Virus record (IMG/VR): IMGVR_UViG_3300020183_000040
Span: 21,187-85,186 of that record
Direction: 5' to 3' (one strand)
DNA from: a virus
DNA: 64,000 bases
Every line of letters begins with the position of its first letter. Positions within the stretch are counted from its first letter, which is position 1. Under the pieces are notes generated by a model that ran no database searches, had not been told where the DNA came from, and worked only from the letters and a program-made list of their open reading frames with translations. This document shows, one piece after another, positions 20,601-29,788 of the stretch. Position numbers and translations under genes: made by a program.

Positions 20601-21948
20601 ATACACTGGAGACCAGATTCTTGCTGGTGCATTCATGCCAGTTACTGTTTCTCAGAATGGAGCTTACAGTCAAGATCAGAAGTTTGTAACTGTAAGGCAC
20701 TCAAATCACTGTATGCATGATGTGAATAACAATGTTATAATTACTGGAGTTGCATCTGAAGTAGATCCAACATATCTAACAAATGCAATCAGTGCTACAG
20801 AAACTTCAATTAGTGTTGATGATGCCACACTATTCCACAAAATTGTTGATGGCGCAACAATTAGTGCAACAAACCCAGGTTACATAAAGATTAGTACACT
20901 TATAGTTGGAGCTGGCGCCGAAATTCCAGTTGCTGATTCAAATCTATTTGCAACACAAGAAATTATTCCATATTCTGCAATTAGTGCAGATGGTAAGACA
21001 ATTACTCTTACTACTAGAACTCCAGCATCTTCTTCATTCGCAGAAGGATCAATCGTGGAATGTTATAATCTAGATGGAATTCCACTAACAAAAATCAATA
21101 AAACTCACACAGAGATTAGTTCACCAACTTTAGATACTTATAGACTAAAAGTGGATGCTGTTGCTACTAATGGTATTGTTGGTGGTGGATATGGTGCAAC
21201 TGCTACTCAAAACGTACAGTTTGATCTTCTAACACCTCAATTTGCTAAAGTGGCTTTCCCTGAGACTTCTATCAATGCTAGAGCACAAATTATTACTGGA
21301 ACATCAATTGGTAATGGAACTACAGCTGTTGATCAAGAATCTTTTGTAAATGATGGTCAATTCCTAGATCTATCTCTAGATGCTGCAAATTACTTTGACA
21401 CTCCAAGAATGGTTGCTTCTAAACTAAATGAAGATGAAGAACTTAGTGGAAATAAATCACTTAGAATGGAACTAACTCTTGATAGTACTAAACCATATTT
21501 GACTCCATATATTGACTTGGATCGGGCATCTATCATTACAACAATGAATAGAATCAATAATCCTGTCAATAAAGACATTTCATTGAAAGCAACTGGAGAT
21601 ATACACGAAGCAGTTTATATTACAAAAATTGCTACACTAGCAAATAATTCTGGTGCTATCAAAGTCTTCTTCTCAGCATTCCGCCCAGAAGACACAGAGC
21701 TTTTGGTGCTATATAGAGTACGTCCAGTGGGAAGCACGGCATCAATCCAACAAATTGATTATAGTTATTTCCCCACTAATCTTTCTTCAATTCCAGGGAC
21801 AACCAGACTTGAAAAGTACTTCGATTATTCATATGAAGTACAAGGACTAAAATTTGACCAATATCAAATCAAAGTTGTTATGAGATCACCAGTTCAATGC
21901 AAAGTACCAATTCTTTCTGATTTCAGAGCAATCGCTCTCGCAATCTAA
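14677..21948 (+). CDS. VrlC-like (DUF4815-type) large structural protein
   Basis: MPQNTNLNVTPYYDDFD..KVLFRPGFPIQARELT start; APGAHR, RLKNGFIVDDF, DPLAQSF and LFKSQNASTW motifs. Confidence 0.85.
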   Translation: MPQNTNLNVTPYYDDFDKNKNFYKVLFRPGFPIQARELTSAQSILQHQVENIGTHLFKEGAMVIPGQVGYDTSIDCVLLQASFLGSNIELYREQINGIIITGLNNGVKAKVLYSISAEESERGYATLYVKYVQNGGTQSTVRTFENNEQLFTDVDITFGTTLIEAGSPFAQLLPSSSLSVGSAAYIEDGVYFIRGHFVDVKKEYILLNQYDNNPSYRIGLSVTESIVTSEDDESLNDNAAGSSNYSAPGAHRFKISTSLVKKLFDDESDKNFIELLRISNSKIQKFVTRTAYSELEKSMALRTFQTNGNYVTRNFDITVRDQLNDDAKSGINGVYAAGSTTRSGLIASDDYYTAEISPGVAYVNGFQIETITPQFIDFEKPRDTKALQNQIVPFAVGNELTVNSLYGFPNFTGPSVSSAYQVVELRDTPSSTPGVAAGSVIGYARCLSLEHTDLGPNGTYGGDDDIYKMNIFDIQMLTIIRVSANTTISQGSQIIGGTTGARCFIVASQTNATHLQTYQLEGNFSVGEKIFVDGVDKGTITHLHTFEFSDTRTFIGRDESSSIIEFGANIVLDDYLALEGDTFTVSTDNGGQIVGFNTNFAKDLRPGDVLYFNGTDYLTVEKVNPTALNTQGISVIFDYTNQIVRTDAGVGTIAAGTYTSIVRARAQLLGQENNDLFSPMPKKYVKSISDESMTVRRTYDALTVPAGSLTVDLGSNEQFSSIEDENYNLTVLASSNASHPVGSQIRLVTSSGQTTTVGYATFTSNDRTTLTIANLTNITAVKLTATISKNVVNKTLKTLSKMFVLKVNKTIDNKDTQQFGLTYSNLYGTRIEDSDISLGISDAFQLQAVYESLNDNDPVVPSLTISESIFFAPGTFITGKTSNAKGKVISFITSTLVINYIAVSGSFIPGEQITGFDSTGAAVTGLVTDDSNSIIAGSKVVTDDYYIELNQTGFFYNTSKLVRKPGVRPAVRKLLVVFDWLAHSSTGDYFAGQSYTGLSYYDIPFFNQALCLTDFLDFRPSAKNLYSGTGTVGSPASVQCSTLDFRSRLFTSGATITDVPKLDSDFRCDFDFYLPRVDKLFLSSEGGFQIISGKSAEVPEVPEDIQNAMLLSTIRMRPYGFDPEKDVVLTNEDHRRYTMRDIGSLDRRLSTVEYYTSLSLLEADTANTKILDASGKDRLKNGFIVDDFASHDRSDTSNFDYRASLDYAQGHCRAVHYTTNVALEYNASASQNIQQTGPLLTLPYTEEAIVNQPYASRVVNVNPFNVFTFIGRIDLLPSTDDWIDTKREPAKVTQIEGNYEATRKEMNVDQNGFTPIQWNSWQTSWVGEKTTATKTVYQPDWVASDVGKSPAPWVWGGKGLRRINEVDTIQVTTKSTRSGTRSKVVPKIENKSLGDSVIASTVVPWIRSRNVQLFCSRLKPRTRFYAFFDNVNFTNYMVPKIIELVKDTALDSRSNATPFVIGETVVGQTSGCKLVVAAPNDGYNFNPYSDAAMPTSYAATTDFLNINTELMAKTISGNAYGNFQVGEVLIGSSGAKAVVKDRRLVSDRSGEFKSAMWIPNPNVDTNPRWGTGRRTIRLTTSITDSRLEGAVSSSAQTTYTATGILNTIQENILAVRNAEIVVDTVTEEKVELSTREETRQVGWYDPLAQSFIIDKPGGCFVTSFDVFFFSKDKSVPISCQIRAMENGYPTKRILPFSDVTIIPSKVQLSENGSIPTRFTFQAPVYLLSSVEYCFVLLSDSNEYQVWVSRMGDDDVTNNRTISEQPYAGVLFKSQNASTWTADQYEDLKFTCYLAKFNIGAQSKAVFNNTQLALGNKGILNLRNNPIVTLKPDQNLVLSLPNVPYTNGATIRYISGGNIYLGTGTVKSTSELASGTVLTLTNVTGSFTSGARLASSRTTATITVSGNSGAFTVGNVIKNASSTTAEITAFSGTTLTVNYISPGDSGVVFQANDAITEFATIQSTTALNTATISAVTYTGDQILAGAFMPVTVSQNGAYSQDQKFVTVRHSNHCMHDVNNNVIITGVASEVDPTYLTNAISATETSISVDDATLFHKIVDGATISATNPGYIKISTLIVGAGAEIPVADSNLFATQEIIPYSAISADGKTITLTTRTPASSSFAEGSIVECYNLDGIPLTKINKTHTEISSPTLDTYRLKVDAVATNGIVGGGYGATATQNVQFDLLTPQFAKVAFPETSINARAQIITGTSIGNGTTAVDQESFVNDGQFLDLSLDAANYFDTPRMVASKLNEDEELSGNKSLRMELTLDSTKPYLTPYIDLDRASIITTMNRINNPVNKDISLKATGDIHEAVYITKIATLANNSGAIKVFFSAFRPEDTELLVLYRVRPVGSTASIQQIDYSYFPTNLSSIPGTTRLEKYFDYSYEVQGLKFDQYQIKVVMRSPVQCKVPILSDFRAIALAI

Positions 21949-22193
21949 TGGATTGGTCAAAAGCACGGAGAGTTGAGGAGAACCACGATTTTGTTCGAGG
22001 TCCTAATGGAGAAATTGTTTTATCAAATAAAACAGTTTATGATTCTTATATGTCTGGTATACAAATGGAGAAAGATCGAGAGAAAACTATCTCTTCTTTA
22101 CAGACCGATGTTTCTATGCTAAAATCTGAATTGGGCGATATCAAGTCGCTTTTACTAACGTTAGTTCAAAACCAAAATAGTCATGACAATTGA
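21948..22193 (+). CDS. Hypothetical protein with a C-terminal coiled coil
   Basis: Start overlaps the VrlC stop (TAATG); heptad pattern LQTDVSMLKSELGDIKSLL. Confidence 0.75.
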   Translation: MDWSKARRVEENHDFVRGPNGEIVLSNKTVYDSYMSGIQMEKDREKTISSLQTDVSMLKSELGDIKSLLLTLVQNQNSHDN

Positions 22194-22407
22194 AAAAGTA
22201 ACACAAGATGAAATGCTCCGACAATTTAGAGAGCGTTTTGATACACTACAAGAGGAAAATAAGAAACTTGCTCAACAAATTCGTGATAACGAAGGAGTTG
22301 CACTAAAACTTCTGGGTGCAATTGAAGCATTATCTTATTATATTGAAGATGGTAGTGAAGAAGAATCAGAAGAAAACCCTGAAGAAAATACTTCAGAAAC
22401 TGAATAA
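22183..22407 (+). CDS. Hypothetical coiled-coil protein with an acidic tail
   Basis: Overlapping start with the previous ORF; followed by a terminator. Confidence 0.75.
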   Translation: MTIEKVTQDEMLRQFRERFDTLQEENKKLAQQIRDNEGVALKLLGAIEALSYYIEDGSEEESEENPEENTSETE

Positions 22408-22414
22408 TTCCTAC

Positions 22415-22441
22415 AAAGAGAGGAATAACCTCTCTTTTTTT
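22415..22441 (+). terminator. Rho-independent terminator
   Basis: AAAGAGAGG-AATAA-CCTCTCTTT hairpin followed by a T run. Confidence 0.8.
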
Positions 22442-22445
22442 GTAG

Positions 22446-22453
22446 TATAAATA
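22446..22453 (+). promoter_or_regulatory. T4-type late promoter TATAAATA
   Basis: Exact consensus directly after the terminator and before the fibre gene. Confidence 0.8.
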
Positions 22454-22488
22454 ATCCAGAGGTAATTATCGAGAAGTTGTGACCTGAA

Positions 22489-25400
22489 ATGGCAAATAGA
22501 ATCCAACTAAGACGTGGCGGTTCACAGGAATGGAGAAACGCTAACCCAGTGCTCGCACAGGGTGAAATTGGTATCGACCTAGACTCGGGAAGAATAAAAA
22601 TTGGTGATGGTACAACTGCATGGAACTCTCTTGCATACGAAAGACCTGTAGAGTCCGTTGCTAACACCGCTAACTCCCTAGTACAGAGAGATGCTGATGG
22701 AAACTTTGCTGCTGGTGTTGTCACAGCAACTTTGATTGGTAACGCTTCTACAGCATCTCGTCTAACAAACATTCGTCAATTTCAACTCACACAAGATGTT
22801 ATTGCCTCAGGTGTTTTTGACGGATCTGCAAACCTAAACCTTTCAGCACAACTTCAAACAATATCTACGCTTCCCCATTATGATGGGACAACTTCATCTC
22901 AAGGTACATATACAAAACTAGTTGTTGATGCTAAGGGTAGAATTATCAATGCTTCAAGTCCAACAACTATTCAAGCATATGGTTTAGATACTCAAATTGA
23001 AGGTACTGGCGCTCAACCATTTGATAATGACTTGAGGGCTGTTTCTCAACTTACTACTACTGGTATTGCAATTCGTGGTGGTGATGGTCAGTGGACTACA
23101 AGAAGTATTCTCTCAACTGCTGGTCAAATTGTAATAACCAATGGTTCTGGTACTGGTGGTAACCCACAAGTTGACCTTGCAACAACAACAGTAGTAAATG
23201 GAAATTACAATACAGAATCTCTAACATCAGTAAGTGCTGTAGGACCATTAGGAGAACCATTTGGAACTCAGACGGTAAATACGGTAAAATATACTGTCGA
23301 TAATAGAGGTAGGCTACAGTCTTCTACCAATGTCCCTATTGCAACAGCAACTGAAGGTAGTAAGTATCCTGCATACGAAGCATCTACTGTATATGCAAGA
23401 TATGACATCATCGAAACGGGCAATAATGTTTACCAAGCAATTAGGGCAATCGCTGCGGGCGGTGGTGCTCCTGCTCATACTAGTTCCAGCGATACTGGAG
23501 GGTGGAGATATCTCGCGGCTGCGGCAATCGAACAGAAAGGATTGGCCTCGTTTGCACAGGAGGATTTTGATGTAGATTCAAATGGACATGTTACAATTGC
23601 TGCACTTGGTGTAGACAATACTCAACTTCAAAATAATAGAATTTCATTTGCTGATGGAACTACAAAAGAAGATTTTGAGCTTGATCAAGAACTAACTGCA
23701 AACACGGGATACCGTGGATTCAACTACCTCAATTATGTAAAAGTAAATGATACTAGTGGTTCTCTTCTCTTTACTGCTAATAATACTGCAAATTCTGGTG
23801 CTGGCGGTGTTGACATCAATGTTGATACTAACATCAGTGGCGCCAATATCATTCTTGATCGCCCTGGTACATCTCCTCTCCAAACTATTGAGCGTACTGC
23901 AGGGGACCTCAGGATCCACCATAACGTCTCTTCTACCGTCAATAGAACTCTTGATATTATCAGCAATAATGCTGGTACTGGTGACGCCACCATCAATATC
24001 ACTGCTGACAACGATGTTGTCATTACCAGTACAACAGGGACCAACTACGTCAAAGTAGAAGATATTTGGTTTAGAGCAAATGCAATAACATCAAATAACT
24101 CTACGATTATTATTGATCCAGTAACTGAAGGCGATAACACTGGTACAGTTCAAATCAAAGGAAATCTACAAATTGATGGCATTACGACCACAGTAAATAG
24201 CACTACTGTAACTATTGATGATCCAATCATTACACTTGGTGGAGATTCTGTTCCTACTGTTGACGATAATAAAGATCGTGGTGTAGAATTTAGATATTAT
24301 GATTCACAGGCTCGTCTAGGATTCTTTGGGTGGGATGATTCTTATGCTACTCTTGCAGGTACTACTGGTGGCTATCGTTTTCTATATGATGCCACAAACG
24401 CATCGGAAGTCTTTTCTGGGACTGATGCTGGTGTCATTGCTGGTAATCTTGCTCTTACCAGTAATGTGGATTCCTCTAGTGCTACTTCTGGCACTCTTGT
24501 TGTTACTGGTGGTGTAGGAATTTCTCAACAACTGAGAGTTGGTGGAAACGCTACAATTTCTGGTAATACTTCAATTTCTGGAACTCTTACAACAACTCTT
24601 GATAGTACATTCAATAGAAGTGTAACAATTGTCGGTTCTGATACTGCAGCAACAGAACTATTCAAGATTCAAAATGGATCTGCTGTAGACAAATTTACTG
24701 TAGATTCTGCAACAGGTAATACCACGATTCAAGGCACTCTTGGTACTACTGGTGCTACAACACTTAGCTCAACCTTAGGAGTTACTGGTGCAACAACACT
24801 TACTGGTAATCTAACAACCCAATCCGCATCTACAGTCAATATCCAAAATACTGCCAATAGCAATGTCAATAGTGCTATTGCAGGTACTGCATATGCTTCT
24901 CTTGGAACTTATGGTGCTCTCAAAGTTGATGGCGGAGCTTCAATTGCAAATAGTTTAGTTGTTGGTGGTTCATTCAAAGTATATGGACAGTTCGATGTAG
25001 ATGGTGCTGTAAGCTACAGTGGCAACACCGTTTTCAAAGGTAATGTTTCTATCGACAACGATGGTGTATCACCATTCAAGTTCAATATTTCATCAAGCAC
25101 AGCAAGACTTGATAGTATTGGACAAATTGTAACTACTAATGCTACCGATTCAACAACAACTTCTACTGGTGCTGTTATTGTAACTGGTGGTGTAGGCATC
25201 GGAGCACAACTTAGAGTTGGTGGTGCAGCAACCATCACTGGTAATACTTCGATAACTGGTGCTCTTGCAGTAACTAGTAATACAACTCTTACTGGAAACT
25301 TGGTTGCTAATGGCTCTGCAACCCTAGGTGATGCAGCTGCAGATACCCTGACGGTAAACGCTACATCGACCTTCAACGCCCCTGTAACGGTCTCCTCGTC

Positions 25401-28400
25401 ACAGGCAACAAGTTTGGGTGGCACACTGACTGTAACCGAGCTTACAACCCTGAATAGGGGTCTTACACTGCAAGGTAGTACAACTGCAGCATCCGAGTTC
25501 TTCAGGATTACTGATGGAGCTGGAACTCCTGTAACTAAATTTCTGGTTGACTCTGCAACAGGTAATACTACTATCGAAGGTTCAGTTGGAATTACTGGTG
25601 CAACAACACTTTCAAGCACTCTATCTGTTACTGATAATGTAACTCTAAACAAAAACGTAACAATCGTTGGTTCTAACACTGCTGCGACAGAACTATTCAA
25701 GATTCAAAATGCATCTGCTGTAGACAAATTTACTGTAGATTCTTCCTCTGGTAATACAACTATTGCAGGTACTGCAACTATCACCAGTGCAACTCAAATC
25801 AATAGCACTCTCGGTGTGACGGGTGTTACTTCACTGACAAATACAACTGAGCAGACTCTAACTGGAGCAGCTTACACTGCTGATGGTTCTGTTAGACTTA
25901 CTGGTGGTCTTGGAGTTGCTAAAAACCTAGCGGTTGCTGGTAGTATGAGAGTCTTTGGAAACTTTGAAATCACTGGTAGTACTACACAGTCTGGTAACAC
26001 TGGATTCAGTGGTAGAGTATCCATTTCCAATACTGATGATATTACCACTTTTGGTGATACTACAGTCTCCCTATCTACGACTGGTGGATTTAGAGCAACT
26101 AGAAATGCTTATATTGGTGGTGATTTTTATGTCTGGGATAATACAAATTCTAGAGTTGCTTTTGGTGTCACTAATTCAACTGGCGCTGTATCAACACATG
26201 GTAATCTAACAGTAGGTGGAAACCTAATCGTAAATGGAACTACAACTACTGTAAACTCAACAACAATTACAGTTGATGATCCAATCATTACTTTGGGTGG
26301 AGATACTGCACCTACATCTGATGATAATAAAGATCGTGGTGTTGAATTTAGATATTTTGATTCACAGGCTCGTCTAGGATTCTTTGGATTTGATGATTCA
26401 TCCAATGAATTTATTTTCCTAACTGGTGCTACAAATACAAACGAAATTTATTCTGGAACTGACGGAACACTTCGTGCTGGTAGTATTAGAGTTACTGGAG
26501 CAAGTGGTACTACTTTTACTGTAGATAGTAACGCAACAATTACTGGTACAACAACTTCAACCAGATATATTTCAACTACTACTACACTTGCTCCGCTAAC
26601 TGTAAACTCAACAACTAAAGTTACAAACTTGAATGCAGACCTTCTCGATGGTCTAGACACATCATCTTCAGATACAACTGGAAATAGTGTTGTATCAAGA
26701 TCGTCTGGTAATTTCAGTGCTAATATTATTACAGTTGCTACTGGTACTGGTGCAGGTGCTGGTATTCAAGGTAATGCTCTTACTGCAGATACTCTCAAGA
26801 CTGCTCGTACAATTACAGTTGCTGGTGTTGTAGATGGATCTGTTTCATTCAATGGATCTTCCAATGTAACAATTACAACTACATTCAACGATGCTGATAT
26901 CACCGCTCTTGCAGCGATGGCAGGAACTGGCATTGTCACTAGAACTGCAGCAAATACATATGCTCAGCGTACAATTGTTGCTTCTCCATCTACTGGTTCT
27001 GGTATTACTGTAACCAATGGTGATGGTGTTTCTGGAAACCCAACGATCAACATCCTATCTTCCGCATCAAACTCTGCAAATAACCTGGTTCTTCGTGGTT
27101 CTAGTGGAGAATTTTCTGCTGGTGCAATTACTGCAACATCTCTCACATCCTCTGGTGCTCTTTCTGTTACTGGCATTACTACTCTCAATGGAGTACTCAA
27201 TGCTAATGGTGGTATTGCTGTTGATGGAACTAGATTTACAGTTGCAGATGCAACTGGTAATACATCGATTGCAGGAACTCTTGGTGTTACTGGTGCCACA
27301 ACACTCAGTTCAACTCTTGGAGTTACTGGTGCTACAACACTCAGTTCAACTCTAGGTGTTACTGGTGCAACCACACTCAGTTCAACCCTAGGGGTCACTG
27401 GTGTTACTACTCTCGCTGGAGTACTCAATGCTAATGGTGGTATTGCTGTTGATGGAACTGCATTTACAGTCGCAGATACAACTGGCAACACTTCTATTAC
27501 TGGTACTTTAGCAGTTACTGGAACATCTACATTTACTGGGGCGCTTACAGCAACTGGAGGAGTTGTAGGTAACTCTTCTACGGCAACTACTCTTGCAACA
27601 GCAAGAACGATTGCAATTTCTGGTGATGGCACTGGTACAGCAACATCATTCAACGGATCTGCAAATATTACAATTCCGTTTACACTAGCAACGCAAACTG
27701 GTCTTACCGCTGGAGCTTATACAAAGGTAACAGTAAGCACTAAGGGTCTTGTTACTGCAGCTACACAAGCAGTTACAACTGATATTGCTGAAGGAACTAA
27801 TCTATATTATACAAACGCTCGTGCCGATGCTCGTATTGCACTACAAACTGGTGCAAACCTAGATCTTTCACAAAAGACAACTACTAATCTAACAGAGGGG
27901 ACTAATCTATACTACACGAATGCTCGGGCAGATGCTCGTATTGCATTACAAACTGGTGCGAATCTAAACCTTGCACAAAAGACAACTACTAATCTAGCTG
28001 AAGGTACTAATCTATATTATACAAACGCTCGTGCTGATGCTCGTGTTGCACTGCAAACTGGCACAAACCTAGATCTTTCACAAAAGACAACTACTAATCT
28101 AGCTGAAGGTAATAATCTATACTATACACAAGCAAGATTTGACACTGCATTTGGTAATAAAACAACAACAAGTCTAACTGAAGGCACTAACCTATACTAT
28201 ACAGAAGCAAGAGTACAAAGTAAACTTGATGACGCATTTGCTCAATTGCAAGCAATGCTGGATAATCTAAGTACATCTACAACACTTATGCTCAATCTAT
28301 CTGGTGATCCAACTCCTGGAGTTGTACTAGCTCTCGGAGGACTCATAGATAATGGTGGTGGTGGATTTGTTTCTGCTGGCACTAATGTAGCAACAACCTC

Positions 28401-28983
28401 TAGTACTGGCACTGGTCTTACAGTAAATACTACAGTTTCTGGAGGAGTCATTACTGGTGTTGCAATCAACCAGGCAGGTTCAGGTTACTTGATTGGAGAT
28501 TTGATCACTATCCAAAATCCAAACGAAGGTGGTGTTCTTGCATTCGACTTTACAAGCTTTTCCGCAGGTAATGGATATGTAACTGCAACTGGAGTTCCAA
28601 CTACGCCTACTGGTGCATCAGCTGGTACTGGATTGACTGTAAACATTACCGCCCTAAACGGAAACGTTACTAACGTGACTATTGCTAACCCAGGCATTGG
28701 ATATGAACCAGGAGATACGATTTTGATCAATCAGGATGGATCTGATCAGGATGCAACTATTGGCATTGCAACTATAATGACAGACGCCAAATTTACACTA
28801 GCAGATATTAGAACAATGGAAATAGGTGCAACACTTACAGGAGCTACTAGTGGAACTACTGGCATTATTTCAGCACTGGGTGCCGACAACGTGCTTTTGC
28901 ATTCTGTTGATGGATTCTTCAAAATTGGAGAAACTGTTGGCGCTAATGATGTTACAACTCTAACAATCACTTCATTCTCATAA
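22489..28983 (+). CDS. Long tail fibre protein with an Mtd_N/hyaluronidase-like N-terminal domain and Thr/Gly-rich repeats
   Basis: MANRIQLRRG..NPVLAQGEIG..KIGDGTTAWNSLAY; NLNADLLDG and TLKTARTI motifs; many internal repeats. Confidence 0.85.
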   Translation: MANRIQLRRGGSQEWRNANPVLAQGEIGIDLDSGRIKIGDGTTAWNSLAYERPVESVANTANSLVQRDADGNFAAGVVTATLIGNASTASRLTNIRQFQLTQDVIASGVFDGSANLNLSAQLQTISTLPHYDGTTSSQGTYTKLVVDAKGRIINASSPTTIQAYGLDTQIEGTGAQPFDNDLRAVSQLTTTGIAIRGGDGQWTTRSILSTAGQIVITNGSGTGGNPQVDLATTTVVNGNYNTESLTSVSAVGPLGEPFGTQTVNTVKYTVDNRGRLQSSTNVPIATATEGSKYPAYEASTVYARYDIIETGNNVYQAIRAIAAGGGAPAHTSSSDTGGWRYLAAAAIEQKGLASFAQEDFDVDSNGHVTIAALGVDNTQLQNNRISFADGTTKEDFELDQELTANTGYRGFNYLNYVKVNDTSGSLLFTANNTANSGAGGVDINVDTNISGANIILDRPGTSPLQTIERTAGDLRIHHNVSSTVNRTLDIISNNAGTGDATINITADNDVVITSTTGTNYVKVEDIWFRANAITSNNSTIIIDPVTEGDNTGTVQIKGNLQIDGITTTVNSTTVTIDDPIITLGGDSVPTVDDNKDRGVEFRYYDSQARLGFFGWDDSYATLAGTTGGYRFLYDATNASEVFSGTDAGVIAGNLALTSNVDSSSATSGTLVVTGGVGISQQLRVGGNATISGNTSISGTLTTTLDSTFNRSVTIVGSDTAATELFKIQNGSAVDKFTVDSATGNTTIQGTLGTTGATTLSSTLGVTGATTLTGNLTTQSASTVNIQNTANSNVNSAIAGTAYASLGTYGALKVDGGASIANSLVVGGSFKVYGQFDVDGAVSYSGNTVFKGNVSIDNDGVSPFKFNISSSTARLDSIGQIVTTNATDSTTTSTGAVIVTGGVGIGAQLRVGGAATITGNTSITGALAVTSNTTLTGNLVANGSATLGDAAADTLTVNATSTFNAPVTVSSSQATSLGGTLTVTELTTLNRGLTLQGSTTAASEFFRITDGAGTPVTKFLVDSATGNTTIEGSVGITGATTLSSTLSVTDNVTLNKNVTIVGSNTAATELFKIQNASAVDKFTVDSSSGNTTIAGTATITSATQINSTLGVTGVTSLTNTTEQTLTGAAYTADGSVRLTGGLGVAKNLAVAGSMRVFGNFEITGSTTQSGNTGFSGRVSISNTDDITTFGDTTVSLSTTGGFRATRNAYIGGDFYVWDNTNSRVAFGVTNSTGAVSTHGNLTVGGNLIVNGTTTTVNSTTITVDDPIITLGGDTAPTSDDNKDRGVEFRYFDSQARLGFFGFDDSSNEFIFLTGATNTNEIYSGTDGTLRAGSIRVTGASGTTFTVDSNATITGTTTSTRYISTTTTLAPLTVNSTTKVTNLNADLLDGLDTSSSDTTGNSVVSRSSGNFSANIITVATGTGAGAGIQGNALTADTLKTARTITVAGVVDGSVSFNGSSNVTITTTFNDADITALAAMAGTGIVTRTAANTYAQRTIVASPSTGSGITVTNGDGVSGNPTINILSSASNSANNLVLRGSSGEFSAGAITATSLTSSGALSVTGITTLNGVLNANGGIAVDGTRFTVADATGNTSIAGTLGVTGATTLSSTLGVTGATTLSSTLGVTGATTLSSTLGVTGVTTLAGVLNANGGIAVDGTAFTVADTTGNTSITGTLAVTGTSTFTGALTATGGVVGNSSTATTLATARTIAISGDGTGTATSFNGSANITIPFTLATQTGLTAGAYTKVTVSTKGLVTAATQAVTTDIAEGTNLYYTNARADARIALQTGANLDLSQKTTTNLTEGTNLYYTNARADARIALQTGANLNLAQKTTTNLAEGTNLYYTNARADARVALQTGTNLDLSQKTTTNLAEGNNLYYTQARFDTAFGNKTTTSLTEGTNLYYTEARVQSKLDDAFAQLQAMLDNLSTSTTLMLNLSGDPTPGVVLALGGLIDNGGGGFVSAGTNVATTSSTGTGLTVNTTVSGGVITGVAINQAGSGYLIGDLITIQNPNEGGVLAFDFTSFSAGNGYVTATGVPTTPTGASAGTGLTVNITALNGNVTNVTIANPGIGYEPGDTILINQDGSDQDATIGIATIMTDAKFTLADIRTMEIGATLTGATSGTTGIISALGADNVLLHSVDGFFKIGETVGANDVTTLTITSFS
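27283..27414 (+). repeat. 36-nt tandem repeat x3.6 encoding GVTGATTLSSTL
   Basis: Units start at 27283, 27319, 27355 and 27391 (last is partial). Confidence 0.85.
27790..28215 (+). repeat. 105-nt (35-aa) tandem repeat EGTNLYYTNARADARIALQTGANLDLSQKTTTNL; three full and two shorter copies
   Basis: Units start at 27790, 27895, 28000, 28105 and 28180. Confidence 0.9.
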
Positions 28984-28987
28984 AAAA

Positions 28988-29788
28988 ATGTCCGCAACTC
29001 AACCAGCCTCTAAAGCAGAATTGAAGGCATATGCCCTAAGAAGATTGGGGTATCCTGCTATCGACATCAATGTATGTGATGAGCAACTAGATGATCTAAT
29101 TGCAGAAGCAATTAGTCAATGGCAAGAGTTTCACTACGAAGGCAATTATACTGGTCTTGTTAGAATTCAAGTTACTGAAGCAATAAAGACTGCTGCTCTT
29201 CAATCGACTACTAATGGCGCTTGGGAAGAATTAGATAATTATATTGAGATGCCCCCAAACACTTTAGGTATCAACCATGTATATACTACTCTAGGACCAA
29301 GTAGTGTAGTGCCTAATAATATTTTCAATATCAAATATCAGATTTTTCTAAATGATATTTACAATTTTACCCATGGTCAGATTCTTCATTATTTTATGAC
29401 ATCTCAATATCTTGAGACTCTAGACTGGGTAACTAGTTCTTCTCAACATCGAAGAGTGAGATGGACAGTTCATCAAAATAAATTATACCTAGATTTTGAT
29501 TGGAGAGATCTCCAAGTTGGTCAATATATTTTAGTTGAAGCTTCATTTGGAGTTGATCCTGAAGTTTATAATAATGCATATAATAACGAATGGCTGAAGG
29601 GATATACTGAGGCATTGTTCCAACAACAATGGGGGCAAAATCTTAGTAAATACGATGGTATTCAAATGATTGGCGGCGTAACACTCAACGGTCGTCAAAT
29701 TTTAGAAGATGGTAGAAATAAAAAAGAATCCCTAATTCAAGATCTTCATAGTAGATACGAATTACCACCTCTTGATCTAATCGGATGA
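28988..29788 (+). CDS. gp13: Neck protein gp13
   Basis: LRRLGYPAIDINV..QLDD and QWGQNLSKYDGIQMIGGVTLNG motifs; synteny. Confidence 0.92.
   Translation: MSATQPASKAELKAYALRRLGYPAIDINVCDEQLDDLIAEAISQWQEFHYEGNYTGLVRIQVTEAIKTAALQSTTNGAWEELDNYIEMPPNTLGINHVYTTLGPSSVVPNNIFNIKYQIFLNDIYNFTHGQILHYFMTSQYLETLDWVTSSSQHRRVRWTVHQNKLYLDFDWRDLQVGQYILVEASFGVDPEVYNNAYNNEWLKGYTEALFQQQWGQNLSKYDGIQMIGGVTLNGRQILEDGRNKKESLIQDLHSRYELPPLDLIG

Noticed and set aside
22489-22650. Mtd-like N-terminus suggesting a diversity-generating retroelement
   Set aside because: No reverse transcriptase in the window and no TR/VR pair differing only at adenines was seen; this N-terminal domain is a common fibre anchor.
27283-28215. 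36-nt and 105-nt repeats as a possible CRISPR array
   Set aside because: They are in-frame coding repeats with synonymous variation and no unique spacers.
23692-28997. Long minus-strand ORFs (e.g. 25014-25700, 26964-27653) opposite the tail fibre
   Set aside because: These are shadow ORFs caused by Thr/Gly/Ala-rich codon bias and repeats on the + strand, with no RBS or promoter support. The same applies to the other minus-strand ORFs in the track.
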